The translations under genes and the position numbers were made by a program. A stretch of DNA of 60,954 bases, taken from Eubacteriales bacterium. Its GTDB lineage: Bacteria; Bacillota; Clostridia; Oscillospirales; CAG-382. The DNA lies in assembly GCA_045541355.1 (NCBI GenBank), contig JAZQIW010000116.1, positions 1 to 60,954 on the forward strand, written 5' to 3'. Under the pieces are notes generated by a model that made no database searches, had not been told where the DNA came from, and saw only the letters and a program-made list of their open reading frames with translations. This document shows, in pieces, positions 37,283 through 45,864 of this stretch. The first letter of the stretch is position 1, and each line of letters opens with the position of its first letter.

Positions 37283-38788
37283 TTAAGGAAGCAGCTTTGC
37301 AATTTCAAGCGGTAAATCCGAGGGCAGATAGCCGTATTCCGAGATTTTTTTCTTCAATGAATCTCCTGCCTTGCCGTGAAGATAAACTGCCAACGCCGAG
37401 GCGTAAAAGGGATTTATTCCCTGTGCCGCCAATGATGAAATAAGACCTGCAAGCACGTCACCGCTTCCTCCCTTTGAAAGTCCTGCGTTTCCGCTTGTGT
37501 TAATGCAGAGGTGGCCGCTTTGGTCTGCAATTACGGTAGAGGCACCCTTGAGAACAACAATGCAGCCAAAATCCTTTGCAAACTGCTTTGCAAAGCCTAT
37601 TCTGTTTTGCTGTATTTCCTGAGTGCTTTTTCCGTAAAGACGTGCAAATTCAAGGGGGTGGGGAGTAATGATGCAGGGGCTGTGCGCTTCCTTTAATATA
37701 TGTGTATTCCCGCACAGACAATTTATTCCGTCAGCATCAATAATTGTGGGACATTGTGCACTCTTTATAATTGAAAAAAGTATTTGCTTGTCCCTTTCAT
37801 CTGTTCCCATTCCGCAGCCCGCAACAATCGCCGTTGCCTTTTTGCAAAGCTCGCTTATCTCGGTAATACAAGGTTGAAGATTATCCGAAAGACATGAGAA
37901 AACGGGCTCAATAAGATGGTTTTGCAGTACGGTTAGCGTATCCTTGTCCCTTGCGATGTTAACAAGCCCCACACCCGAGCGAAGCGCCGCCTTTGCCGCA
38001 AGTATTGCTGCACCCGTCATGTAAGGCGAACCGCAGAACATGAGAAGCCGACCGTAGCTTCCCTTGTGGCTGTCTGCCTTTCGTTTTGGAATGTTATCTT
38101 TTAAGAAATCATCATCAACTATAAGAGCATCCTTTGGAATTTCTTGGCAAAGCTCTTTCGGATACCCTATGCTTTGCGTGTGAATTTCACCGCAGTATTG
38201 CCTTGCAGGATATGAAAGCATACCTGTTTTTATGAATGCCATGGTGTAGGTGTGATGTGCATTAAAGGCAATACCCTCAACTCTTCCGTCGCTGCTGTTT
38301 ATGCCCGAAGGGGTGTCTATGGCAATTCTGAGAGCCTCAGAGCCGTTGCATTTATCCAAAAGAAGCCCGAGGCTGCTGCCCTTTTCAATGCACCCGTAAA
38401 AGCCGACACCGAAAAGTGCATCTATAATTATGTCGGCATCCTGCAAAATAGCCTCCGCTAAATCAGATGAACAAATCTGGACACCGCACTTTTTGCAGTC
38501 ATCAAATACGCTTTTTGCCGTATCGGTTGTCGGCTCGCAGTCAAATACGTTGATGACACATACGTTGTACATCATCGTGTGCATAAGGCGTGCAATTTCA
38601 TAACCGTCTCCGCCGTTGTTGCCTTTTCCGCACAGAATAACAATTTTCTCCTTGTGCTTGACATGGGAGATAATAGAGCCGTAGCAGCTCTTTGCCGCAT
38701 TTTTCATGAGAGTGAGCTCGGAAATGCCGTATTTGCTGACGGCAAGACTGTCAGCATACCGTATCTGCTCGGGAGAAACAGTGAACAT
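37283..38788 (-). CDS. nnr: Bifunctional NAD(P)H-hydrate epimerase/dehydratase (YjeF)
   Basis: CGKGNNGGDG, DALFGVG, DTPSG, HKGSYG, IDADG, TPHPLEF, GGSGDVLAG. Confidence 0.95.
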   Translation of the reverse strand: MFTVSPEQIRYADSLAVSKYGISELTLMKNAAKSCYGSIISHVKHKEKIVILCGKGNNGGDGYEIARLMHTMMYNVCVINVFDCEPTTDTAKSVFDDCKKCGVQICSSDLAEAILQDADIIIDALFGVGFYGCIEKGSSLGLLLDKCNGSEALRIAIDTPSGINSSDGRVEGIAFNAHHTYTMAFIKTGMLSYPARQYCGEIHTQSIGYPKELCQEIPKDALIVDDDFLKDNIPKRKADSHKGSYGRLLMFCGSPYMTGAAILAAKAALRSGVGLVNIARDKDTLTVLQNHLIEPVFSCLSDNLQPCITEISELCKKATAIVAGCGMGTDERDKQILFSIIKSAQCPTIIDADGINCLCGNTHILKEAHSPCIITPHPLEFARLYGKSTQEIQQNRIGFAKQFAKDFGCIVVLKGASTVIADQSGHLCINTSGNAGLSKGGSGDVLAGLISSLAAQGINPFYASALAVYLHGKAGDSLKKKISEYGYLPSDLPLEIAKLLP

Positions 38789-38790
38789 TT

Positions 38791-39630
38791 TTATGTCTCT
38801 TCTTTCTTTATGTTGTAGAAGTGAGGCTGTCTTTTTTCAAAATAATAGCATCCGCAAATGCCGTGATTCAAAAGAAAATCCGCCGCCTCATCAAAGCCTC
38901 TGCCTTCGCTGCCTGCCATGTGGCTGTCGGAACCCAGAGTAAACATCTTGCCGCCAAGGGAGATGTAAAGCTCGAGTAAATCCTCCTCCGGACAAAAGGC
39001 TCTTGGGTTTTGCTCTGTACATTTTGCCGTGTTTATTTCAAGAGCCGTACCCTTGTCAATAATAACCTTGAAAACATCCTCTATTGTTTTTTTATAGCCG
39101 TCAAGCGTCGCACCCTTTTTGTAAATGCCGTTGATGTAACGAAGGGGATAGGTGACATGACAGAGCACATCGAATTTGTTATCGTAAACGGTTTTTAGCA
39201 TATAATCGAAATATGTTCTGAGAAGTCCGTCAATATCATATGTGTCCGTACCCGAAAAGTCGGCACTTGAAAATTCACATTCTTTTCCCTTGTAGTCAAC
39301 AATGTGTGAGCTTGCAAGGAGAATGTCGTAGTTGTAAAAGGAAAAGGCAGCATTCAGTCTGTCATTGTACTTTTCAATTGCCGCATCGCTTATTTCAATG
39401 CCCGAAAAAACACGTATTTTTCCCCTGTATTCGCGGTTTAGCTCATCCGCTGTCTTGCAGGAAAGGGGAATGTTCTTTGGTATGTCATGTGCCTCAAATA
39501 AACGCAGGTCGCTGTGGTCGGTAAAAGCAATACCGCAAAGTCCCTTGTCGATAGCCGAAATAATAGCGTCTCTCGGCTCTTTTGATGCATCACATGAATA
39601 CTTTGTGTGGGTGTGACAGTCGAAATACAT
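38791..39630 (-). CDS. PHP-family histidinol-phosphatase (HisJ/HisK-like)
   Basis: DCHTHT, FTDHSD, GIEI, LEINT, TLGSDSH. Confidence 0.85.
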   Translation of the reverse strand: MYFDCHTHTKYSCDASKEPRDAIISAIDKGLCGIAFTDHSDLRLFEAHDIPKNIPLSCKTADELNREYRGKIRVFSGIEISDAAIEKYNDRLNAAFSFYNYDILLASSHIVDYKGKECEFSSADFSGTDTYDIDGLLRTYFDYMLKTVYDNKFDVLCHVTYPLRYINGIYKKGATLDGYKKTIEDVFKVIIDKGTALEINTAKCTEQNPRAFCPEEDLLELYISLGGKMFTLGSDSHMAGSEGRGFDEAADFLLNHGICGCYYFEKRQPHFYNIKKEET

Positions 39631-39662
39631 TTTTCTTCTCCGTTCATTCTTTGCTAATTTGT

Positions 39663-39691
39663 ATTATACCGCTAAAGAGCTTGTTTGTCAA
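39663..39691 (-). promoter_or_regulatory. Consensus SigA promoter of the PHP-nnr-lipoprotein-alr operon
   Basis: TTGACA-N17-TATAAT. Confidence 0.85.
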
Positions 39692-39748
39692 TCGGGAAAG
39701 GCGGGTTTGTTATTGAAGGCTGAAATACGGTGCCTTTGAGAGCGCGGC

Positions 39749-39783
39749 AAAAAAATCAGGCTGCCTCCCTCGGAAGCAGCCGT
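39749..39783 (-). terminator. htrA terminator
   Basis: GGCTGC...GCAGCC stem with an A-run to its left. Confidence 0.55.
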
Positions 39784-39794
39784 GGTAATAATAA

Positions 39795-41384
39795 TCACTG
39801 TGCATCAAGCTTAAAAGTAATGTCAAGCGTTTCGCCCGTATTGTCGTCACCGTCGCGGTAAACTGTAAGAGTAACCGTCTCGCCGGCTCTTGCCGAACCC
39901 TTTGCGGCATTTATTTCATCAATGGTTTTAACTTCCTTGCCGTTGTAGTGGGTGATGATGTCACCGCGTCTGAGACCTGCTTTTGCGGCAGAGCCTTCTC
40001 TGTTTATCTGAACAACGAGAACACCCTGAGGAATGCCGTAGTGTTCAGCCTCGTCTTTTGAAATTGCACTGCCGTTGATGCCGATAATGCCCTTGCCGTA
40101 GGCGAAATCCTCCTCGGTACGTTCAACAACCTTGCCGTGTTCGATAAGCTGGCGGATAATGGGCATAGCACCGTTCATGGGGATAGAGAAGCCGATGCCC
40201 TCGTAGTCGGCTGTAAGCTTTAAGGTGTTGATACCGATAACCTGACCGCGTGTGTTGATAAGGGGACCGCCGGAGTTGCCGTGGTTGATTGTGGCGTTTG
40301 TCTGAATAAGCGTCATTGTTTTCTGAACTGAGCCGAAGCTGTCGGTTATTTCAACGTCTCTGTTGATGGAGGAAACAATACCGTCGGTTACCGTTCCTAA
40401 GAACTCAATTCCTGCAGGACAGCCGATAGCCACTACCGATTCACCCACAACAAGCTCGTCTGAGTTGCCTACCTCCATAGGAATAAGCACTGTTCCCTCG
40501 GGCGGTGTGATTTTGAGAACTGCAATATCCGAAAGCTCGTCTGAGCCGACAAGAGTTGCCTCTACTTCTGTTTTGTCATGAAGAACAACGGTTATTTTTT
40601 TAGCGTCTTCAATTACATGATGGTTTGTGATGATGTAGCCGTCATTGCTGTAAATAAAACCGGAACCTGAGGCGGTGGATACACCTGTTGAGGGCGTAAA
40701 ATAGAAGGGGAATGAGCTGTAGCTTACCTCAACCTCGGAAATAATACCGACAGAGGAGGGGGAGCATTTTGCCGCAATCTGGGGAATTGTAAGAATCTGT
40801 CCTTCAAGGGAAGGGTCAACAAGCGCATAGCTTTCGGGATTTGTTGTTACAGGATTTGATTTTGAAGGAGCACTGCTGTTTTCACCTTCGGTAACGTGGG
40901 GCAGAACCTTTGAATCAAAGCCTCTGATTGTATTGTTTCTTCCGTCGCCTATATAGTCTGCAACCATAACAGTCATTACAATTACAGATAAAGTGAATAC
41001 CGAGAGAATAACACCGAGGAAAACCTTGAAGCCTTTTTGCGAGGATTCTTTCTTTTTGCCCGAATCCGAAGTGCTTTGACCAAGGTAATCGTTTTCACTG
41101 TTCCATTCATAGCTTTCACTGTGCATGGAAGGAGTATAGACGTCTGCGTTGGGGTAAACCTGTGTCTGAGGCTGAGATGCTCCTTCGACGGGTGACTGAA
41201 CGGGAGCCTGATAAGAAGGGGCTGTGTCACTGCTTGGAATGTTCTCGGAAGGACTGCCAATGCTTTCGGCAGAAACATAGCCGTTGTCGGCGGAATTGTT
41301 ATGAATAGACTCAGAATGTGTATTTGCAGAGTCAAAACTTGTATTGTTTGTATTGTTTGTATTGTTTGTATTTTGTTCAAACAT
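39795..41384 (-). CDS. htrA: Membrane-anchored HtrA/DegP serine protease with PDZ domain
   Basis: TM, GSGFI, TNHHV, DIAVLKI, INHGNSGGPL, PDZ (AAKAGLRRGDII); N-terminal (NNT)n from a 9-bp repeat. Confidence 0.95.
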   Translation of the reverse strand: MFEQNTNNTNNTNNTSFDSANTHSESIHNNSADNGYVSAESIGSPSENIPSSDTAPSYQAPVQSPVEGASQPQTQVYPNADVYTPSMHSESYEWNSENDYLGQSTSDSGKKKESSQKGFKVFLGVILSVFTLSVIVMTVMVADYIGDGRNNTIRGFDSKVLPHVTEGENSSAPSKSNPVTTNPESYALVDPSLEGQILTIPQIAAKCSPSSVGIISEVEVSYSSFPFYFTPSTGVSTASGSGFIYSNDGYIITNHHVIEDAKKITVVLHDKTEVEATLVGSDELSDIAVLKITPPEGTVLIPMEVGNSDELVVGESVVAIGCPAGIEFLGTVTDGIVSSINRDVEITDSFGSVQKTMTLIQTNATINHGNSGGPLINTRGQVIGINTLKLTADYEGIGFSIPMNGAMPIIRQLIEHGKVVERTEEDFAYGKGIIGINGSAISKDEAEHYGIPQGVLVVQINREGSAAKAGLRRGDIITHYNGKEVKTIDEINAAKGSARAGETVTLTVYRDGDDNTGETLDITFKLDAQ

Positions 41385-41502
41385 GAATTATCATCCTTTC
41401 CTGCTTGCTTTTTAAAGCCGTCATCAGCTTACGTTATATATTTTACCGTATCTTTTTGAAGTATTATTGTCAGTTATGTGATAAATAAATGAAAAATAAT
41501 GA

Positions 41503-41539
41503 AATGCACCGTAAGGCTAAGGGTGCCGTTACGGTGCAG
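41503..41539 (-). terminator. Hairpin (probable terminator) after the YcdB-like gene
   Basis: TGCACCGTAA...TTACGGTGCA. Confidence 0.55.
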
Positions 41540-41561
41540 AAAGGAAATATTGTATGAAGCC

Positions 41562-43913
41562 TTATCTTTCAAGCATCTCGAGGGTTATTACATTTTCGCA
41601 AAGCGTGAGAGCCTCAGCACGCGTGAGTGTATCATAGGGTCTGAAGCTTGCGCCGTCACCCTCAATCAGACCAAAGCCCTTTGCAATTGCCGCAAAACCG
41701 ATATCCTCGCTCTTAAGTGAGAGATTGTCTGCAAAATCCGTGATAAATACGTTTTCAAGACAGGCGATTTTTGCATAGCCGAGAGAAGAAATAATGTACT
41801 TTACGGCATCCATTCTTGTAATGCTCTCTGCCGTATCATCAAGCTCGTCTCTGCCGTAGAGTCTGCAGGTGCTATAAAGGTCATAAAGCTCTTTTGCGGT
41901 AATTTTTTCGTCGGGTCTGAAGCTTTCTTCCTCAAATCCGATTCCCGCATAGCTGAATCTCAGGATTGTGTCCTTTGCCCAGTGGGAATCAATGTCGTTG
42001 TAGGAATATCCGCCTTTTTCCTTGTATTCCTCGCCCGAATAGTTTATCATTTTTCCGTCAAGTGCTCTGATTGTAGTTGTTCCCAAGTCATATGCGGAAT
42101 ATACAAGCCTTGAATATGTGCTTGTTTCATAGAGAGAATCATAATCGATGTATTCACCGCGCTTTTCGTCGGCAAGATACTTGTTGTAGGTGAAGTTGGA
42201 ATTGATTTCGTAATTGAGACCGAAGCCTTCATAGGAATAGAGAGACATAAGAGCATCCTCGGCACTTATTGCATCCTTGGGAGATTCAAATTCAACATCC
42301 TCATACCAGTTGTAATTGTAGGAGGTAATCTTTCCCGTAATGAGGTCAACCGCAACGCTGAAGTTGTTGTATGTAAAGTCAACGCCCTCATTTACTCTTA
42401 CAAAATTGAGATTTTTGATGCCGTAAACGGGAGTTCTGTTTCCAATGTCGCTTTCAATGTACTTTATTGCATTGTACTGCCAGGAATCGGAGTATCTGAC
42501 TTTTTCCGCTTTTTCGGGCTGCATAAGCTTTATAAAATTGCTTGCAGTCTCAATAGCCTCTTCGTCAGAAACAGCAATTTCGGGAACGGGAAGCTTGTTT
42601 TCGGTGTAGTAATAGTGGTCGGGAGTGTCGGCAGAGAAGCTGATAAGCTCACCTGTCTGTGCATCAACACTTGCGTGCATACCGCTGTAACTATACTTTT
42701 CTTCGTCATAGGGAACCGAAAAGCTTATGCTCCAGGCATACTTGTCGCCGTTATCCTCCTCTGACTCGGAACCGAGAGGGCGAACCTCCCTGTAAAGCTT
42801 GTCAAGCCTTGCACTTACAGCCGTTGCATCGGGATTGATGTAGAGGTATTCGTTTTCGGTAACTGACTTTATCGCTTCGTCCTTTGAAATGAGGTTTTTG
42901 AGTACCTCAAGCTGTGCAAGCTCCTGCTCGGAAAGTCTGTATCCGCCGTCTTCTTCAGCCTCTGTACTTTCTTCCGCTGCCATATCCATCGCCACAAACT
43001 TGTTTGCGGAAGAACCGCCCGCAGCACCCGAGGTTACTGTGTTCCAGGTGTTTCTTTCAAGGTAAACCTTTCCTGTTTGTGCATCAACCGAAATATATCC
43101 CTTTTCGGGGGTGTAAATGAGATAAGCCTTTCTTGAAAGAAGCTTGCCCTCGTCATCGTATTCTGTCTTTAATCTGTAAGAAAGAACCATGCTCTGATTT
43201 TCGGAGAGTATTTTCTTTGCTTCATCCTCTGTTATAGCCTTGTCACCCTCGGCAAATCCGATACCGGTAGCGTATGTACAGCCAAGATACATAACCCTTC
43301 CCGTTTTGTGGTCAACCTCAACGGTGATGGTGTTGTCGGGAACGGGAATGCCGTTTTCATGCCTTACAAAGTTGTAGGTATAGTTGTGGTTGTAAAGCGA
43401 AGCGTTATGTGTGCTGTCAAGAACAAGCTCACTTTTTGCGGTGTAGGGAACTGTCTTTTTGATAAAATCCGTTGCTGTCGATAAAAGCTCGTCGGGACTC
43501 TTGTCGGGAAGAAGTGCCTTGTATTCAGAGAGAAAGTCGGAATATCTGTAATAGGTGATGTTTCCATCGTTGTCGCATCTTACCGAAACCTCACCCGTAG
43601 TATTGTCAGTCCAGTAAAAACGCCATGAAGGACGGGAATAATAGCTTCCTGCGGAAAAATCCCATGAAAAGTTTTCAAATTCTTCAGGCACATCAATAAG
43701 AGGGCGTACCTTCTTTATCATAGCCTCCATCATTCCGGGTGTCGGCTCATTTATAAATTCTTTGCCTGTAATTTTGTCTATTTGTACATGTATTGTATCT
43801 TCGACATCCTCATAAAGCTCATCCATGGAAATGTCTACCGATTCTGCTCCGACATAAGTAATGCCGCAGGTACAAAGGCAAGCCGCTGTAATAATGCTGA
43901 GTAATTTTTTCAT
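41562..43913 (-). CDS. Secreted YcdB/YcdC (PepSY-like repeat) protein with C-terminal SLH domains
   Basis: Signal peptide; repeats YNFVRHENGIP..VEVDHKTG, SVDAQTG, NFVRVNEGV..VAVDLITG; SLH YNDIDSHWAK and GLIEGDGASFRPYDTLTRAEA. Confidence 0.78.
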   Translation of the reverse strand: MKKLLSIITAACLCTCGITYVGAESVDISMDELYEDVEDTIHVQIDKITGKEFINEPTPGMMEAMIKKVRPLIDVPEEFENFSWDFSAGSYYSRPSWRFYWTDNTTGEVSVRCDNDGNITYYRYSDFLSEYKALLPDKSPDELLSTATDFIKKTVPYTAKSELVLDSTHNASLYNHNYTYNFVRHENGIPVPDNTITVEVDHKTGRVMYLGCTYATGIGFAEGDKAITEDEAKKILSENQSMVLSYRLKTEYDDEGKLLSRKAYLIYTPEKGYISVDAQTGKVYLERNTWNTVTSGAAGGSSANKFVAMDMAAEESTEAEEDGGYRLSEQELAQLEVLKNLISKDEAIKSVTENEYLYINPDATAVSARLDKLYREVRPLGSESEEDNGDKYAWSISFSVPYDEEKYSYSGMHASVDAQTGELISFSADTPDHYYYTENKLPVPEIAVSDEEAIETASNFIKLMQPEKAEKVRYSDSWQYNAIKYIESDIGNRTPVYGIKNLNFVRVNEGVDFTYNNFSVAVDLITGKITSYNYNWYEDVEFESPKDAISAEDALMSLYSYEGFGLNYEINSNFTYNKYLADEKRGEYIDYDSLYETSTYSRLVYSAYDLGTTTIRALDGKMINYSGEEYKEKGGYSYNDIDSHWAKDTILRFSYAGIGFEEESFRPDEKITAKELYDLYSTCRLYGRDELDDTAESITRMDAVKYIISSLGYAKIACLENVFITDFADNLSLKSEDIGFAAIAKGFGLIEGDGASFRPYDTLTRAEALTLCENVITLEMLER

Positions 43914-43949
43914 TTTTTAACCTCCTGTCGGTTTGTTTTATGCCTGTAA

Positions 43950-43975
43950 GACGAAGTGACTGTATGTAAAGTTCC
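43950..43975 (-). promoter_or_regulatory. ECF-sigma-type promoter of the YcdB-like gene
   Basis: GGAAC-N17-CGTC, matching the site at 5590-5614 including an internal AGTCAC. Confidence 0.65.
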
Positions 43976-44014
43976 GTTTGTTTTGGTAAATAATACACTT
44001 TTGTGAATTATGAC

Positions 44015-44045
44015 AAAAAACAGGGCGGCCATTTGGTCACCCTGT
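44015..44045 (-). terminator. Terminator of the SLH-PPIase gene
   Basis: ACAGGGCGGCC-ATTT-GGTCACCCTGT with an A-run to its left. Confidence 0.65.
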
Positions 44046-44052
44046 CGGGAGT

Positions 44053-45594
44053 TTATTGAATAAAGTCTGTGAGATGATCGTAGTTTTCTGTGTATGTTAT
44101 TGAGATGCTTTCCTTGGTTTCGGCAGACTTGCGTGCGAAAGAGGCAATTGCTGCGTTTGCCGCAATGTTTGTAAAATCGGGACTTTCTGTAAATTCGTCA
44201 AGGTCAAATTCGAGACGCTTTATGATGTGGTAACCGTAGGTTGTTTCAACAATACCGCTGATTTCACCCTCGTCAAGACCGTATGCTGCCTCTTCAAATT
44301 CCTTTACCATTTGACCCTTTGTGAAGTAGTAGCCGCCTTCTCTTGCCGACATTCCGGGATCCTCGCCGTATTTTTCACGAAGGCTTGAAAACTCGTCTTC
44401 ATCCTCCTCAAGCAGGTGCAATATCTCAAGAGCAAGCTTGTAGGAGTCCTCGGTGTCCTTGGAAATGAGAATGTGCTCTGCACATATGTAGTCGTTGTCG
44501 ATAGCGTATTCGTAAACCGCGCTCGGCTCCGTATTCTGCATTTCTGCCGTTATAACATAGGGAATAAGCTCTCCTATTACAATAAGCTTTGCATATAGTG
44601 AATCTGTGAGCTTCTGGGATTCGAGAACGTCAAAATAGCTCATTTCGCCGTAATCCTCAAGCTTTGTATAGTAGTATGCTGTCAGCAGGTCGGATAAAAG
44701 CTCGTGGCTGATTGTTGCATCAAGCTCCTTTGCAAGCTTTACAAAGGTTGCGCTTGAGAGAATTTCATCGTTGATTTTTTCCTCGTCGCCGCCGTAGACA
44801 TACTTGTAGTACCTGTATTCAGCCGCAGAGACAACATATGAGCTTGCATTGATAAGCATAACATCGTCAAGGGCATTTCTGTCTGTCTGCATATCAATGT
44901 AGTATAATACCTCGTCAATGCCGTACTGCTCTCTCATTTCCGAAAGCTCGTAGGTAAGACGCATTTCGGGTAGGGCAACTCTTGCAAGGATAACCGCCGC
45001 CCTTGTTCTTGTTATGGGGCTGAAGGGGAGAAACGTGCCGTATTCGTCATTGCCGTTCAGGATGCCGGCGTTGTAGAATTTCTTGACGTCTCTTGAAAAC
45101 GGGGCAGCATCGGGAACATCCTGAATGTATTTTACATTGTTTATTGCAGGGAAGAAATCATCTTCAAGGGCTGCCGAAAAGAGCTGTACCATTTCGTAGG
45201 ATAAAACCGAACGGTCGTAGCTGTCAAACTGACCGTCTGAGAAAATGCCGTATGCTCTGCCGTAGTTTATGTACTTGTCGTACCACATCGGGTTTTCAAA
45301 TTGTGAAAACTCAACAATTTCCGTGTCGGTGTGAATGCTGTGAAGCCTTGAAGCTATGGTAATTGCCTGAGCCACCGTCATTTCGGTGGTTGTGTCAAAG
45401 GCATAACCCGATACACCGTCCATAAGCCCAAGCTCGTATACTGCCGCAACATTGGAGGCAAACCAGGCATCGCCGGGAACATCTACAAATCTTCCGTCAT
45501 AGACAAGACTCTTTGTAAAATCCCTTGCCGAAGCACAAACCGAGAGAAGCGCGGCAACAGCAATCAAGATAGAAAAAATCTTTATTCTTTTCAT
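44053..45594 (-). CDS. SLH-anchored parvulin (PpiC/PrsA-like) peptidyl-prolyl isomerase
   Basis: Signal peptide; three SLH repeats; [34 protein letters not shown]. Confidence 0.88.
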   Translation of the reverse strand: MKRIKIFSILIAVAALLSVCASARDFTKSLVYDGRFVDVPGDAWFASNVAAVYELGLMDGVSGYAFDTTTEMTVAQAITIASRLHSIHTDTEIVEFSQFENPMWYDKYINYGRAYGIFSDGQFDSYDRSVLSYEMVQLFSAALEDDFFPAINNVKYIQDVPDAAPFSRDVKKFYNAGILNGNDEYGTFLPFSPITRTRAAVILARVALPEMRLTYELSEMREQYGIDEVLYYIDMQTDRNALDDVMLINASSYVVSAAEYRYYKYVYGGDEEKINDEILSSATFVKLAKELDATISHELLSDLLTAYYYTKLEDYGEMSYFDVLESQKLTDSLYAKLIVIGELIPYVITAEMQNTEPSAVYEYAIDNDYICAEHILISKDTEDSYKLALEILHLLEEDEDEFSSLREKYGEDPGMSAREGGYYFTKGQMVKEFEEAAYGLDEGEISGIVETTYGYHIIKRLEFDLDEFTESPDFTNIAANAAIASFARKSAETKESISITYTENYDHLTDFIQ

Positions 45595-45627
45595 TGTAAC
45601 CTCCCAATAATACAGTTTACTGTTTGT

Positions 45628-45656
45628 ATTCTATCATACAGTTGCCTGCAATTCAA
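45628..45656 (-). promoter_or_regulatory. SigA-type promoter of the SLH-PPIase gene
   Basis: TTGAAT-N17-TAGAAT with extended -10 TG. Confidence 0.55.
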
Positions 45657-45696
45657 CAACAAAATGAAAACACTTTAATAATGGTATATAAACCTA

Positions 45697-45725
45697 TTGA
45701 CAATAAATGATAATTGTGGTAAAAT
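45697..45725 (+). promoter_or_regulatory. SigA promoter of tRNA-Val
   Basis: TTGACA-N17-TAAAAT. Confidence 0.8.
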
Positions 45726-45741
45726 AACCAAGCTGAAATAC

Positions 45742-45817
45742 GGACGATTAGCTCAGTTGGTAGAGCACTCGCTTGACGTGCGAGTGGTCAGGGATTCGAG
45801 TTCCTTATCGTCCACCA
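45742..45817 (+). tRNA. tRNA-Val (GAC)
   Basis: 76 nt; acceptor stem GGACGAT/ATCGTCC, D-arm AGCTCAGTTGGTAGAGC, anticodon arm CTCGC-TTGACGT-GCGAG, T-loop TTCGAG, encoded CCA. Confidence 0.96.
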
Positions 45818-45853
45818 AAAATAACGGTCTCTGCTTTTGGCAGAGACCGTTTT
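45818..45853. terminator. Bidirectional terminator shared by tRNA-Val and SBP paralog 1
   Basis: AACGGTCTCTGC-TTTTG-GCAGAGACCGTT flanked by A and T runs. Confidence 0.85.
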
Positions 45854-45864
45854 GCTTTTTGTTA

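Noticed and set aside
41340-41372. Phase-variable repeat at the htrA 5' end
   Set aside because: The unit is 9 bp and in-frame, so slippage only changes the length of the NNT tract.
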